A stretch of 64,000 bases of DNA from Candidatus Heimdallarchaeota archaeon (GTDB lineage: Archaea > Asgardarchaeota > Heimdallarchaeia > Hodarchaeales > Hodarchaeaceae), in the NCBI GenBank assembly GCA_020353515.1, contig CP070695.1, positions 1,271,637-1,335,636 of the forward strand, read 5' to 3'. A program made the position numbers and the translations under genes. This document shows, one piece after another, positions 37,983-48,176 of this stretch. How positions within the stretch are numbered: position 1 is the first letter of the stretch; every line of letters begins with the position of its first letter. The notes under the pieces were generated by a model. It was not told the DNA's origin and did not search any database. It saw only the letters and a program-made list of their open reading frames with translations.

Positions 37983-38990
37983 TTGTGTCGAATAAGTGAG
38001 GGTGAAATGTTACAAACTAATCTTAAAGTCTACGATAAGGTTCTAAATTATTTTACTGATTATAAGCTAGGAAAATCTCCGCAAGACAGAAGCCTTGTGG
38101 AGCTTTTGAATCTGGGGATAATTAACCTTGACAAACCAGCAAATCCTACTTCACATGAAGTTACAGCATGGGTAAAGCGTATTTTAGGAATTAATAAAGC
38201 TGGACATGGCGGTACATTGGATCCTGCTGTTACAGGATCTTTGCCAATCGCGTTAGGTCGTGCAACCCGTGCTTTACAGGTTCTTCTTCCAGCAGGGAAA
38301 GAATATATATGCATTATGAAGTCTCACGCCCCTGTCTCCTCTAAAAAGGTTCTTTCCGTACTTGAGAATTTTCAGGGGAAAATTTATCAAACACCTCCTC
38401 TTAGAAGTAATGTTAAACGAAGACTTCGTGTTAGGAAAATATACAATTTGGAGTTGCAGGAGCATTCTAACTCCCAGTTTTCTTTACTTCGCATAGAGTG
38501 TGAGGCTGGAACTTATATCCGTAAGTTAGTTCATGATATTGGACTATTATTAGGTACAGGAGCCAATATGCAGGAGCTACGTCGCGTTAGGACTGGTCCG
38601 TTTTATGAAAACACTTGTGTAACGCTTCAAGAGTTATCTGATGCTTGGTTTTATTACAAAAAGGAAGGAAACGAGACTTTTATTCGAAAAATAATCCACC
38701 CTATTGAAATCATTTGTCAAAACCTTCCCAAGATATTTATACGTGATTCTGCTGTTGATGCGATATGCCATGGTGCAGCGTTGACTATTCCGGGTGTTAT
38801 TCGAGTTACTGAAGGTATTGAGAAGGATTCATTAATAGCAATTCTTACGATGAAAGGAGAACTTGTCGCTTTTGCCAAGGGGGAATTATCTACCAAAGAA
38901 ATCCTAGATCAATCCAATGGTATCTGTGCTTACACAGATACAGTATTCATGGAGAAAAAAACTTATCCATCTATGTGGAAATCTTCATGA
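37983..38990 (+). CDS. cbf5: H/ACA pseudouridine synthase Cbf5
   Basis: LDKPANPTSHEV, GHGGTLDP, CEAGTYIR, PUA domain. Likely start ATG 38007. Confidence 0.95.
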   Translation: MCRISEGEMLQTNLKVYDKVLNYFTDYKLGKSPQDRSLVELLNLGIINLDKPANPTSHEVTAWVKRILGINKAGHGGTLDPAVTGSLPIALGRATRALQVLLPAGKEYICIMKSHAPVSSKKVLSVLENFQGKIYQTPPLRSNVKRRLRVRKIYNLELQEHSNSQFSLLRIECEAGTYIRKLVHDIGLLLGTGANMQELRRVRTGPFYENTCVTLQELSDAWFYYKKEGNETFIRKIIHPIEIICQNLPKIFIRDSAVDAICHGAALTIPGVIRVTEGIEKDSLIAILTMKGELVAFAKGELSTKEILDQSNGICAYTDTVFMEKKTYPSMWKSS

Positions 38991-38998
38991 GGATTAAA

Positions 38999-39409
38999 TT
39001 AAACCCTACGGCCTCGACGTCCCCCACGTGCTCTGGTACTGTCATGCGGGATAGGTGTAACTTCCTCAATCCTTGTAATCTGTAATCCTGAACGGGCTAT
39101 CGCTCGGATCGCAGCTTGAGCACCTGGACCTGGGTTGCGAGCGCCGGAGCCTCCTGGTGCACGAACTCTGACAACTATCTTTTGAATTCCTCTTTCTTTC
39201 GCAACACGTGCAATAGCATGCCCAACTTTCATTGCTGCATAAGGAGATGATTGGTTGCGATCAGCCCTGACTACTTGGCCCCCTGATGACTTAGCTATTG
39301 TTTCTGCACCAGTCATATCGGTGAGAGTAATTAGTGTGTTATTATATGAGCTTAATATGTGAGCAACAGCCATGATTGGGGCTTGATTTTTTTTAGACAT
39401 TTTTTTCAC
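38999..39409 (-). CDS. rps11: Ribosomal protein uS11
   Basis: [38 protein letters not shown]. Confidence 0.97.
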   Translation of the reverse strand: MKKMSKKNQAPIMAVAHILSSYNNTLITLTDMTGAETIAKSSGGQVVRADRNQSSPYAAMKVGHAIARVAKERGIQKIVVRVRAPGGSGARNPGPGAQAAIRAIARSGLQITRIEEVTPIPHDSTRARGGRRGRRV

Positions 39410-39441
39410 ATTATACAGGGGTTTTAATCTTCTTTAGGTTC

Positions 39442-39987
39442 TTACGTAGAAGCGTTAGGAGAACCAGATGGAGGTACAGACAGAGCAGGATGGGCAGCAT
39501 CAGTGTATGGGGAACTAGGTGCAAACTCAACAAATTCCTCTTCTCCCCGTGAGACATGGTAACTTGGTGATGTTACTTTCTTTCCATGTATCGCAATATG
39601 GCCATGGGTGATCATTTGTCTGGCTTGCCAAGGGGTTTTTGCTAGCCCAAGTTGGTGCACAATTGACTGAAGTCTTCTTTTAAGAAATTGATCAATTGAG
39701 AGAGATAAGATCTCATCTGTTAATCCATCTTCTGTGGGCATAATTCCCATTTTATATAGTTTCTTTATTAGAATAAGTCGCTCAGCTTCCCGTAAATGCT
39801 CAGGGAGTGCTAATGACGCTCGTGCTCTTGCTCGGAATTTCCTGAGAACAGTTTGAGCTTTCCAAATTTCTTTCTTATTTCTAAGCCCAAAATTCCCTAA
39901 ATAATTCATCTCCTCCTCAATTCGGGATTTATTAAAGGGGTGGCGGGGCCCTTCTAGTTTTTTACGCAATCTACGAGGATCACCCAT
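39442..39987 (-). CDS. rps4: Ribosomal protein uS4
   Basis: [36 protein letters not shown]. Confidence 0.97.
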   Translation of the reverse strand: MGDPRRLRKKLEGPRHPFNKSRIEEEMNYLGNFGLRNKKEIWKAQTVLRKFRARARASLALPEHLREAERLILIKKLYKMGIMPTEDGLTDEILSLSIDQFLKRRLQSIVHQLGLAKTPWQARQMITHGHIAIHGKKVTSPSYHVSRGEEEFVEFAPSSPYTDAAHPALSVPPSGSPNAST

Positions 39988-39997
39988 ATGCTATACC

Positions 39998-40450
39998 TCA
40001 TTTCTTGGCAAATTTCTTTTTTGACACACCTATAGTTGCTCCACCACGACCAGATGTTTTTGTACGCTGTCCCCGAACAGGAAGACCAAGATAATGACGA
40101 ATTCCTCTGTATGAGCGGGTTTTCTTTTCTCGTTCAATATCAATCCGAAGTGTATCAATTAAATCATTACTAATAATGTGTATATCCTCACCCGATACAA
40201 GATCCTTTTGCCGATTTAGCATCCAACTTGGTATCCCAAATGCTGAACAGTTCGTTAAAACATCCTCAATTAACTGGATTTCCTCATCTGTTAAAAATCC
40301 ACATCGCATATCGGGATCAAGATCCGCTTTCTCACAGATTTGGGACGCTAGTCGGTGTCCTACCCCTTTAATTTGGGCAAGTGCATAGCCCACCAACCAA
40401 TCACCACGACAGTCTGCGCCTGCAATTCTTAATTGATGGTTGTACTCCAT
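39998..40450 (-). CDS. rps13: Ribosomal protein uS13
   Basis: IKGVG, PSWMLNRQKD, YRGIRHYLGLPVRGQRTKT. Confidence 0.97.
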   Translation of the reverse strand: MEYNHQLRIAGADCRGDWLVGYALAQIKGVGHRLASQICEKADLDPDMRCGFLTDEEIQLIEDVLTNCSAFGIPSWMLNRQKDLVSGEDIHIISNDLIDTLRIDIEREKKTRSYRGIRHYLGLPVRGQRTKTSGRGGATIGVSKKKFAKK

Positions 40451-40630
40451 GCTGAGTTCCTACTTAGGGTTCTTATTTAAGCAATTAATGATAGTAATAC
40501 TTGCGAGTATATACATTCTACTCTTCTATTAAAGGAGTTTCGAGGGAATATATTATCTTTTGTAGTTCAGATCCTAAATCAGTAGTTTTCACGATATAAG
40601 TGTTAAGCTAATATCTAACAGAAAATAAAA

Positions 40631-40748
40631 CGCCGAGGGAGAGATTTGAACTCTCGAGCTCAGAGAGCACATGCTACCTAGAGAAGCGAAAGATTTTCTT
40701 TCATCATGCTTTCCAGGCATGCTTCCTACCGGACTAGAATACCTCGGC
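40631..40748 (-). tRNA. tRNA-Ser(GGA) with 37/38 intron (40676-40710, 35 nt)
   Basis: GCCGAGG acceptor, CATGC-CTGGAA|intron|A-GCATG, long variable arm, GAGAG-TTCAAAT-CTCTC, G73. Confidence 0.93.
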
Positions 40749-41187
40749 TACTCTTTATTTTTCTTTTTTGAAGAGAGGGTGTTAAAACCTATTTATAGTC
40801 TTATTAAGGCGTGGCTACTCATTTCTCTATAAATATTTATGTTTTCTTTTCTAAGTTTTCTACAGCCAATTGAATCGCGTTTTTTTAAAGAAAAAGGAAA
40901 AATATTAATTAAATAATTGAATACAGTACTACATCACTATTATGAGCAATTTCATTTTGAGACAGAAAAAATCTAAGTCAACCTACAATTCTGTATAAAG
41001 ATAAACATAGGATTATCGTGTAGAGTACGAATTGAGTTATTTGATTGGTTAAATGTAATAAGAAAAGCTTATTTTTGAAGTGAAATTTAACTCAGGGATG
41101 TTTCTTAGATTTCACTAGACTTTTTAAGTCAACTTTTGATATTATAATAATAATGGGTTTTATAGTATTGATGATTAGGAGATTATT

Positions 41188-42900
41188 TTGTTGAGAAAAA
41201 CAGTTGTAAGATCATCAAGAGTGCTTCTCACCCTCGCTGGTATAGGTTTCTTGGGTATGATCGTTGCACTTCTTTTTTTTACAGGAGTCGCAAATTCAAT
41301 TGATCAAACTGCTGATCCTGTAACATGGAGTAGAACGCTATTCGGATTTGATTATCGTGTAATAACAGCTTATAGCTTTTTTCTTGTTTTGATTGGCTTT
41401 CTTCCTGTCCTTGTTGTTATGGATGCCAGTGCAAAGAAGAGTGTTAAAAAAATCTATATTCATTTACTTTTAATATTTGGTATTGGATTATTAATGCTGA
41501 TCTATTCTGCTTTAGTTTATGGTACCTTTCTGACTCCAATCGATCCCCTTCAGACCTGGTTTGAGTATTTCATTCTTGCAGCTTTACTTATCGTCTTTGG
41601 GTTAATGCCACTTTTGTTTAGTATCCAAGACCATGAACGAGTGTGGAATTTTAAGCTTCTCTTTGCTCTATTTATTCTAATTGGGATTGTCCTTGAAATC
41701 ATTGGTATTGTTGTCTATAGCCAGATTATTGTAATTTCTGATATTGGATGGGATATCCTTTTCTTATTTGGAATTTTGATACTATTTCTAGGTGTTGTAC
41801 CACTTTTATTAACTGCTGGTCCAACTTTTCGTGAAAACCTTTATCGATTACGTATTATTTGGATCTTAGGTACGTTAATAGGGATTGTGATAATTCTGGT
41901 ATCTTATTTGACATACGCTGGGATCCTTGATCTTCCTGATATTGACTGGTTTGTAATTCTAGCCTTTGGAGGCCTTTTTACATTATTGGCTATTCTTCCA
42001 TTAACGAGTGTAGTACAACTGACTGAGACTATCCGTAAATTACGATTTATATGGTTAATTGCCCTTTTCCTTGGAATAATATCAGTAATAATTTCTGCGA
42101 TCCTAATCTTACCAGAGTCACCTGAAATTGAAGCAGCCGTCGGAACACTCCTCGGAACCTCACTCTTCGGGGCTACTTGGGATATTTTCTATATGTACGG
42201 AACTCTAATTATAATTCTTTCCCTCACATTCATATGTTCAATTGTATTCTTTGAAACCGAAGAAGTAAGTGGTCCAGCAGGATTAGTAGAAAGTCTTGAC
42301 AGATTGCCTGGCATTGAAACCACGCCAAGCGAGATGGTAGCCTATTTGGAGATTCTAAGCAAATCCCAAACAAATATGGTTAATCAATTTAAAGAAGCAG
42401 TCAGGGCAGATAAATTCCGCCCTCGGGTATATGAATTAATAATTAAGTTATATCAAGATCGAAATCGCGCGATAAAATCAAGAATATCACGATTCCAAAA
42501 GGCGGGAGCAGCAGTTTCTGCTGAAGAAGAAGTAGAAGCCTTGTTCGATGTTGCTCTGGGTGAACCCTCAGAGGCTCCAGGTGAACCACCTCTTCCTCCT
42601 ATCACGGAAGCCGTGACCCCCCCGACTCCTCCATCAGCACCTCCAACTCCCCCACCCACCCCACCGTCCACCCCACCACTTCCTCCATCTACTGCTCCAC
42701 CACTTCCTCCCTCTACAGGCACCCCACCTGCCCCCTCTTTAGGAGCCCCCCCTCCCCCTTCTCCTAGAGTTACACCAGGCCAACCATCAGAGTCACCACT
42801 TGATTTGATTGCTGATGCTAGGTCAACAAGCATTGCTGAATTACGTGGAGAAATGCTAAAAGAATTACGAAGACTTCGTGAGATCTTCAAGGAAGAATAA
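41188..42900 (+). CDS. Polytopic membrane protein (five 2-TM repeats) with polyproline tail and WH2-like C-terminus
   Basis: Repeating TM pairs; about 75-aa Pro-rich tract; C-terminal DARSTSIAELRGEMLKELRRLREIF. Confidence 0.7.
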   Translation: MLRKTVVRSSRVLLTLAGIGFLGMIVALLFFTGVANSIDQTADPVTWSRTLFGFDYRVITAYSFFLVLIGFLPVLVVMDASAKKSVKKIYIHLLLIFGIGLLMLIYSALVYGTFLTPIDPLQTWFEYFILAALLIVFGLMPLLFSIQDHERVWNFKLLFALFILIGIVLEIIGIVVYSQIIVISDIGWDILFLFGILILFLGVVPLLLTAGPTFRENLYRLRIIWILGTLIGIVIILVSYLTYAGILDLPDIDWFVILAFGGLFTLLAILPLTSVVQLTETIRKLRFIWLIALFLGIISVIISAILILPESPEIEAAVGTLLGTSLFGATWDIFYMYGTLIIILSLTFICSIVFFETEEVSGPAGLVESLDRLPGIETTPSEMVAYLEILSKSQTNMVNQFKEAVRADKFRPRVYELIIKLYQDRNRAIKSRISRFQKAGAAVSAEEEVEALFDVALGEPSEAPGEPPLPPITEAVTPPTPPSAPPTPPPTPPSTPPLPPSTAPPLPPSTGTPPAPSLGAPPPPSPRVTPGQPSESPLDLIADARSTSIAELRGEMLKELRRLREIFKEE

Positions 42901-43009
42901 ATCCTCGGAGACCTAGTAACAAATAAGATTCAATTATTTGGAGTAACTACACTCCTTTAACGTAGCTTAGCTATCTACTCTAATCCTATTTTTGGCGTGT
43001 ATACACTAC

Positions 43010-44902
43010 TTAGACTTGTTTCCAGTATATTACCTCTTTATTTATCTCCAGAATTTCTATAAAAAACGCGTATGCCTTATTACGAGTCGCTATCTTAATC
43101 TTTCCCGATTTTGACGTTGTTCCTACAAAAAAAGGATCCTTTTTCTTATCTAATTGGTCTTGAGTGTAGAATTGAATTGTAGTGTTACTTATGCGCTTAG
43201 GAAAACTAATATACAGAGTTTTTTTTCTAAAAGAAATCATTTTTTCCTTCACAATACTGAATCCAGAGAGGTGGGAATCCCTATCTGATTTATCGACATC
43301 TAACCTAACATGAAATGTCCGTTCTAACATTCGGATGTTCTCTCCCCCCTTTCCTAGAATTGCTGGAATGTCTTTTTGAGCACATTGGATCTCAAATCTT
43401 TTCCCGTAACGATCTTTTGGTATTAAGACAATAGGTTGAGCTGTAAATTTCTCAATAGCATTCGTTAGGTTTTGAATAGTCCGTGCATCAATTAAAATTT
43501 GGTCATAATTCTCGGTTTCAAGTGGAATTACCACTGTCTGTTCTCCAAAAGTGTACATTTCATAGACCGGTTCCCCAGTCTCAAAATCTTTTACTTCCAC
43601 CACTGGTCGCGCTAGATCACTTTCAACCAACCCAGCTGGAACCTTAACTGTCATTTTTACATCTAAAACTCTTGTTATTTTTCCTGCTTCAATGTAAATG
43701 ATAGTATCAAGAACACTAGGGATCACACCCAATTCTAATCTCCCAATAAAGCGTTGAATGGCATCTATTGCTGTGCTAGAGTGAATTACTCCCACTAAAC
43801 CGATACCAGCCAATCGAAGGTCTGTATAAAGCTTAAAATCTTCTGTGTCTCTAATTTCATCAAAAATAGTATAATCTGGACGTGAAAGAAGGAGTATGTC
43901 ATGAATTTCCGTATGAGACCCGAAATTCTTGGAATACTGAGTAATTTCAGCTTTCAAATCTAAGTCCCGTGGTGATTCAATTGTTTTTACAATCTTAGAT
44001 TTTCCTTCATAAAAAAGAGCTAGGGCTCTAGTGAACGTGGTTTTCCCAGTTCCTGGGCTGCCTGCAACTAAAATCCCTTCCGCTTTTTCTTGTAGTCGTT
44101 GATAAAGGTTGGGGGATAGGTGATAATCATCAATTGTAAGTTTGACAAGGGGTTTTACTGCAGTAATTTCCCATCCATCTGAAAATGGAGGACGACAAAT
44201 AACAATCCGAATATTTCCATACTGAACAATTGTTGAACCTTTACGGTCGATCTCAATAAAAGAATCTTCAAATTGTTGTGCCTTTTCAATGATTTCTTCA
44301 TTTAATTGTTTAAGAAATCCCTTTGTACAAATTTTATCAGATGTTTGATCAAAGCTAACATTACCAGGAGACCCTCGTTTTCTAAAAACAGGAACTCCTT
44401 GTTTAAGATGGATACTCATAGTTCTTTCATCAAAATAATCCTCAATTTGAAGTCTTTTTTCCAGAGTCTTTCCTTTTTCTGGAATATGAATGACTTCTAA
44501 ACCAATTGATTTTGCAGCTAAATATTGAATCTTGTCTGATGTGACAAGAATACCTCCTTCTTTCCATGCAAAATCCCGAATGATCGCATCAATTTCACCA
44601 CTTCGAGCCCTTTTTATTTCAGAAAGATGTGGCCTTCGTCCTCCGTAATCTATCAGAATACCCTTCATATCACAAACACGACGGATATCTGTGAGTTCAT
44701 TTAATCCCTCAATCCCTATTCTTCTCCCATTATTCGCCTGATGTTCGAGTTCAGCTATTATCGAAGCATGGATTGTTATCTTGGAGATATCTTCGCTTTT
44801 TTTAGTTTCAAGAAGGTCTTTCAAACCTCCATTGATGATAGTTGAGGTGTCAGGAACATAAAAATTATCTTCTGAATTAATCGAGTATCTTCCCTCCATC
44901 AA
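43010..44902 (-). CDS. PINA: PIN-domain ATPase with KH domain (Holliday junction branch migration family)
   Basis: VPDTS PIN motif, GEIDAIIR, GSPGTGKT, ESPRDL, LLLSRPDYTIFDEIR, KH ILGKGG. Confidence 0.9.
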   Translation of the reverse strand: MMEGRYSINSEDNFYVPDTSTIINGGLKDLLETKKSEDISKITIHASIIAELEHQANNGRRIGIEGLNELTDIRRVCDMKGILIDYGGRRPHLSEIKRARSGEIDAIIRDFAWKEGGILVTSDKIQYLAAKSIGLEVIHIPEKGKTLEKRLQIEDYFDERTMSIHLKQGVPVFRKRGSPGNVSFDQTSDKICTKGFLKQLNEEIIEKAQQFEDSFIEIDRKGSTIVQYGNIRIVICRPPFSDGWEITAVKPLVKLTIDDYHLSPNLYQRLQEKAEGILVAGSPGTGKTTFTRALALFYEGKSKIVKTIESPRDLDLKAEITQYSKNFGSHTEIHDILLLSRPDYTIFDEIRDTEDFKLYTDLRLAGIGLVGVIHSSTAIDAIQRFIGRLELGVIPSVLDTIIYIEAGKITRVLDVKMTVKVPAGLVESDLARPVVEVKDFETGEPVYEMYTFGEQTVVIPLETENYDQILIDARTIQNLTNAIEKFTAQPIVLIPKDRYGKRFEIQCAQKDIPAILGKGGENIRMLERTFHVRLDVDKSDRDSHLSGFSIVKEKMISFRKKTLYISFPKRISNTTIQFYTQDQLDKKKDPFFVGTTSKSGKIKIATRNKAYAFFIEILEINKEVIYWKQV

Positions 44903-45537
44903 TTTTCCTCCTTATTTTCTTGATTAACTTGTGGTAATTCATCCCGATATTCGTATTCCAACTCATTACGTTCTAATTCTAATTGTGAGGCCTGGTAATA
45001 GGTGACATCCCCAAGACGGTCAACTACTGAGAGTAATAACGTTTTTCTGTCGATTTTAGACTGATTAACAAGTTGGTCTAAAAAATCAAGATCAAGATCT
45101 TCGCCTTCTGGAAGAGGAAAAATGACCTTTTTGCTTATCGATTCTCCTGGCTTTCCTCCTCGAGAATAAATTCGAAATGGTGCTGTAATTTGAGTTCCAA
45201 TTCGGACAACATAACCCCTATTCCTCAGATCCTTATAAACTAAATAACGACTCCAGAAAGTTTTGTTAATTTTAGTGAAATGAGTAACTAATTCAGACGA
45301 TGTAATCTTTTGATTCGTGGTTGAATTCATAACAATAATTCTTTTTCGATCCATGAGGAGTAAAACTTCTTCTGGTTCTAAAACAAGAGAATCTTTTGAA
45401 GTCCATTGTCCAAAATAACCATTATCGAAGATCTCTTGGGCAAGGTGATCATTAACCATTAGGGATGAGCCTTGCATATCAAAATACAATATTGGCACTG
45501 AAATTTCTTTATCCGTAGAATCTAGGTCATGAGACAT
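44899..45537 (-). CDS. endA: tRNA-splicing endonuclease subunit, probably structural (non-catalytic)
   Basis: GYFG, LEPEEVLLL, YLVYKDLRNRGYVVR, RKTLLLSVVD..GDVTYY; catalytic Tyr and His positions appear substituted. Confidence 0.85.
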   Translation of the reverse strand: MSHDLDSTDKEISVPILYFDMQGSSLMVNDHLAQEIFDNGYFGQWTSKDSLVLEPEEVLLLMDRKRIIVMNSTTNQKITSSELVTHFTKINKTFWSRYLVYKDLRNRGYVVRIGTQITAPFRIYSRGGKPGESISKKVIFPLPEGEDLDLDFLDQLVNQSKIDRKTLLLSVVDRLGDVTYYQASQLELERNELEYEYRDELPQVNQENKEEN

Positions 45538-46030
45538 GATCTGTAATAACCAACCAGTTTGGTAAATATTTTGGTGAATGTGCTTTTTAGCTCTCTTTTC
45601 AGTTTTTACATGATCAGAGACTTCTTGTTTAGCCTTAGTTTCATCCCCTATTAAAGGTAAATATTGTCAAATATGCAATTCTCATGAGAATATGGATAAT
45701 AAACTGATTAAGACTTAAGTTGTTTTAACTAAGGCTGATCTAAATAGTCGTAACCATTTTTTGTTAAGCAAAATGAATCCGAATATCTTTGAAAAGACTA
45801 TAGAGGATTTCATTACCTATTTAATTATCCTCAAACTAAATTGTATTCCCCTCCTTAGAATTTCAATATTTTTTGATACCATTGTTGGTTGAGTCAAAGA
45901 GTACGGAGGATTTAAATCACTTGTCGAAAACTTCTTAAAATGACGTGTACTAAACATCAGAGATTATTCTGTTTATTAAAGCACATTTACTCTTAAAAAA
46001 TCATCAGGATGTCGATAGGAGGCTGTAAGC

Positions 46031-47035
46031 ATGGGTCATAGGAAAAAACACGCGCCACATCGAGGTTCTCTAGGATATAGAAGGAAAATCGCTAGAAGGC
46101 ATACAGCACGATGGAGAACTTGGCCAGAATCATCAGATTCAACTCCAAGATTGTTAGGTTACGCTGGATATAAAGCTGGAATGACGCATCTAGCAATGGT
46201 TAATACAGATAGAAGATCTCCATTTTTCAAACAAGAACAATTCGTACCTGTGACTGTTATTGAAACACCTCCACTAGCCATATTTGGCATAAGAACTTAT
46301 ATTATTGATCAATTGACTCAAAAGCTTCGGATTGAGACCCAAATCTGGGGAGAAAACATCGAAAAAGATCTTGAACGCCGAATAAAAATTCCAAAAGAAA
46401 ACCAGAACAAAGACCAGAAAATTGATGAAATCAGGGAAAATCTAGACCGTGTGAAAGAAATTCGAGTATTGGCTCATACTTTACCCAAAGAAGCTGGTTT
46501 TCCCCAAAAAAATCCCGATATTTTAGAAATCAAAGTTGGGGGGTCAGTTAATGAAGCATTCAATTATGCAGTTAAGATTTTAGATCAAAAAATCTCTGTT
46601 GAAGACGTTTATAAACCTAGTGACATTGTAGATGTCTGTGCAACTACAAAAGGGAAAGGATTTGCAGGACCAGTAAAAAGACATGGTATTAAGATCCTTC
46701 CTCGTAAAACCCGAAAAGGTCGAAGAGTCGTCGGATGTATTGGGCCTTGGCATCCTGCACGAGTGATGTGGACTGTTCCCCGAGCTGGTCAGCTAGGTTA
46801 TTTTGCCCGTACAGAATACAATAAACAAATTCTCAAAATTGGAGAAGATGGCGAAGAAGTTACTCCTGTTAGCGGATTTAAAAGATATGGAAAAGTAGGA
46901 AAACATTGTATTGTTCGTGGAAGTGTTCCAGGGTCAGTTAAACGTTTGGTGCGACTAAGAGATCCAATTAGACTGAAACCCAAAGAAATCGAGGATCTCC
47001 AAATAACATATATCAGTACTACAGCGAAGAATTGA
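46031..47035 (+). CDS. rpl3: Ribosomal protein uL3
   Basis: PHRGSLG, GYKAGMTH, TKGKGFAGPVKRHG, GCIGPWHP. Confidence 0.97.
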   Translation: MGHRKKHAPHRGSLGYRRKIARRHTARWRTWPESSDSTPRLLGYAGYKAGMTHLAMVNTDRRSPFFKQEQFVPVTVIETPPLAIFGIRTYIIDQLTQKLRIETQIWGENIEKDLERRIKIPKENQNKDQKIDEIRENLDRVKEIRVLAHTLPKEAGFPQKNPDILEIKVGGSVNEAFNYAVKILDQKISVEDVYKPSDIVDVCATTKGKGFAGPVKRHGIKILPRKTRKGRRVVGCIGPWHPARVMWTVPRAGQLGYFARTEYNKQILKIGEDGEEVTPVSGFKRYGKVGKHCIVRGSVPGSVKRLVRLRDPIRLKPKEIEDLQITYISTTAKN

Positions 47036-47054
47036 AAGTAACTAGGCGAGAAAG

Positions 47055-47843
47055 ATGTATTCCTCTAAAATTCCTCTATATGATTTGAAAGGAAAGGAGA
47101 TCAAAAAAATCGAGGTTGGCTCAGTATTTCGAGCTCCTTTTCGTCCTGATGTAATTAAACGCTGTGTATTAGCTAGTCGGCGAAATCGCCAAATTCCATA
47201 TGGTGTTGATCCTCGTGCCGGAAAAAAAACATCCGCAGAGAGTTGGGGTACTGGACGTGGAGCTGCTCGAATCCCAAGAGTGAAGGGATCACGCTCACAC
47301 TCTGCAAGTCGTGGAGCCTTTATTCCCTTTGCAGTAGGAGGTCGCCGTACACACCCTCCTAATGGAATGCAAAATTTCTCTGAAAAAATAAACAAAAAAG
47401 AAAAAGTTCTAGCTAAAAAGTCCGCAATTGCATGTACGGCAAATCCAGTCTTAGTTGAGTCACGAGGTCACATCATTGAGGATATTAAGTCGTTACCTTT
47501 GATTATAAGTGATGATCTTGAATCAATAGAGAAAACTAATGAAATACAGACCGTTTTCAATAATTTAGGGTTATCATATGATTTAGCCAAAGCTAAAAGG
47601 CGTAATTCTCAAATTAGGCCAGGTAAAGGGAAAAGACGAGGAAGAAAATACAAAAAGGGAAAATCAGTCTTAGTAGTCATAGTACACGATTATGGAATAG
47701 GTGCAGCAGCAAGAAATTTGCCTGGCGTTGATGTCGTTGTGGTTGATCAACTAAATATTGAACATCTCGCTCCTGGAACTCATCCTGGACGATTAACGCT
47801 CTGGACAAAATCCGCAATTGATTTCCTTCGCGAATCAGAATAA
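47055..47843 (+). CDS. rpl4: Ribosomal protein uL4
   Basis: AESWGTGRGAARIPR, HLAPGTHPGRLTLWT. Confidence 0.97.
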   Translation: MYSSKIPLYDLKGKEIKKIEVGSVFRAPFRPDVIKRCVLASRRNRQIPYGVDPRAGKKTSAESWGTGRGAARIPRVKGSRSHSASRGAFIPFAVGGRRTHPPNGMQNFSEKINKKEKVLAKKSAIACTANPVLVESRGHIIEDIKSLPLIISDDLESIEKTNEIQTVFNNLGLSYDLAKAKRRNSQIRPGKGKRRGRKYKKGKSVLVVIVHDYGIGAAARNLPGVDVVVVDQLNIEHLAPGTHPGRLTLWTKSAIDFLRESE

Positions 47844-47887
47844 ACTCAAGCTTTAAAATTACTTTCGATAATAGAGGTGAAACCAAG

Positions 47888-48163
47888 CTGAAATTTAGAC
47901 AACCTCAGGATATTATCAAATACCCATTAATCACAGAGGCGGCTTTCAATAAAATGGACAGCATTTATGAAAATGCACTAGTTTTCATTGTTGATCGTCG
48001 GGCTACTAAACACGAAATTAAGCAAGCTTTCGAGGCACTTTATAAAGTTAAAATCGTTAAGGTTAACACCCTCATAACCCCTCAAGGTAAGAAAAAAGCT
48101 TTCATAAAGCTTTCACCAGATCACAGCGCCTTGGATCTGGCAACTGAAGTTGGAATCATCTAA
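47888..48163 (+). CDS. rpl23: Ribosomal protein uL23 (proposed CTG start)
   Basis: Conserved N-terminus DIIKYPLITE lies upstream of the ORF-track ATG; ENALVFIVD, VNTLITPQGKKKAFIKL. Confidence 0.95.
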   Translation: MKFRQPQDIIKYPLITEAAFNKMDSIYENALVFIVDRRATKHEIKQAFEALYKVKIVKVNTLITPQGKKKAFIKLSPDHSALDLATEVGII

Positions 48164-48176
48164 ATAGGTGTAAAAA

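Noticed and set aside
40676-40710. Box C motif ATGATGA inside the tRNA-Ser intron (intron-encoded C/D guide?)
   Set aside because: The intron is only 35 nt, with no box D (CTGA) or guide region.
42453-42890. Gly-rich 145-aa minus-strand ORF
   Set aside because: Antisense shadow of the polyproline tract.
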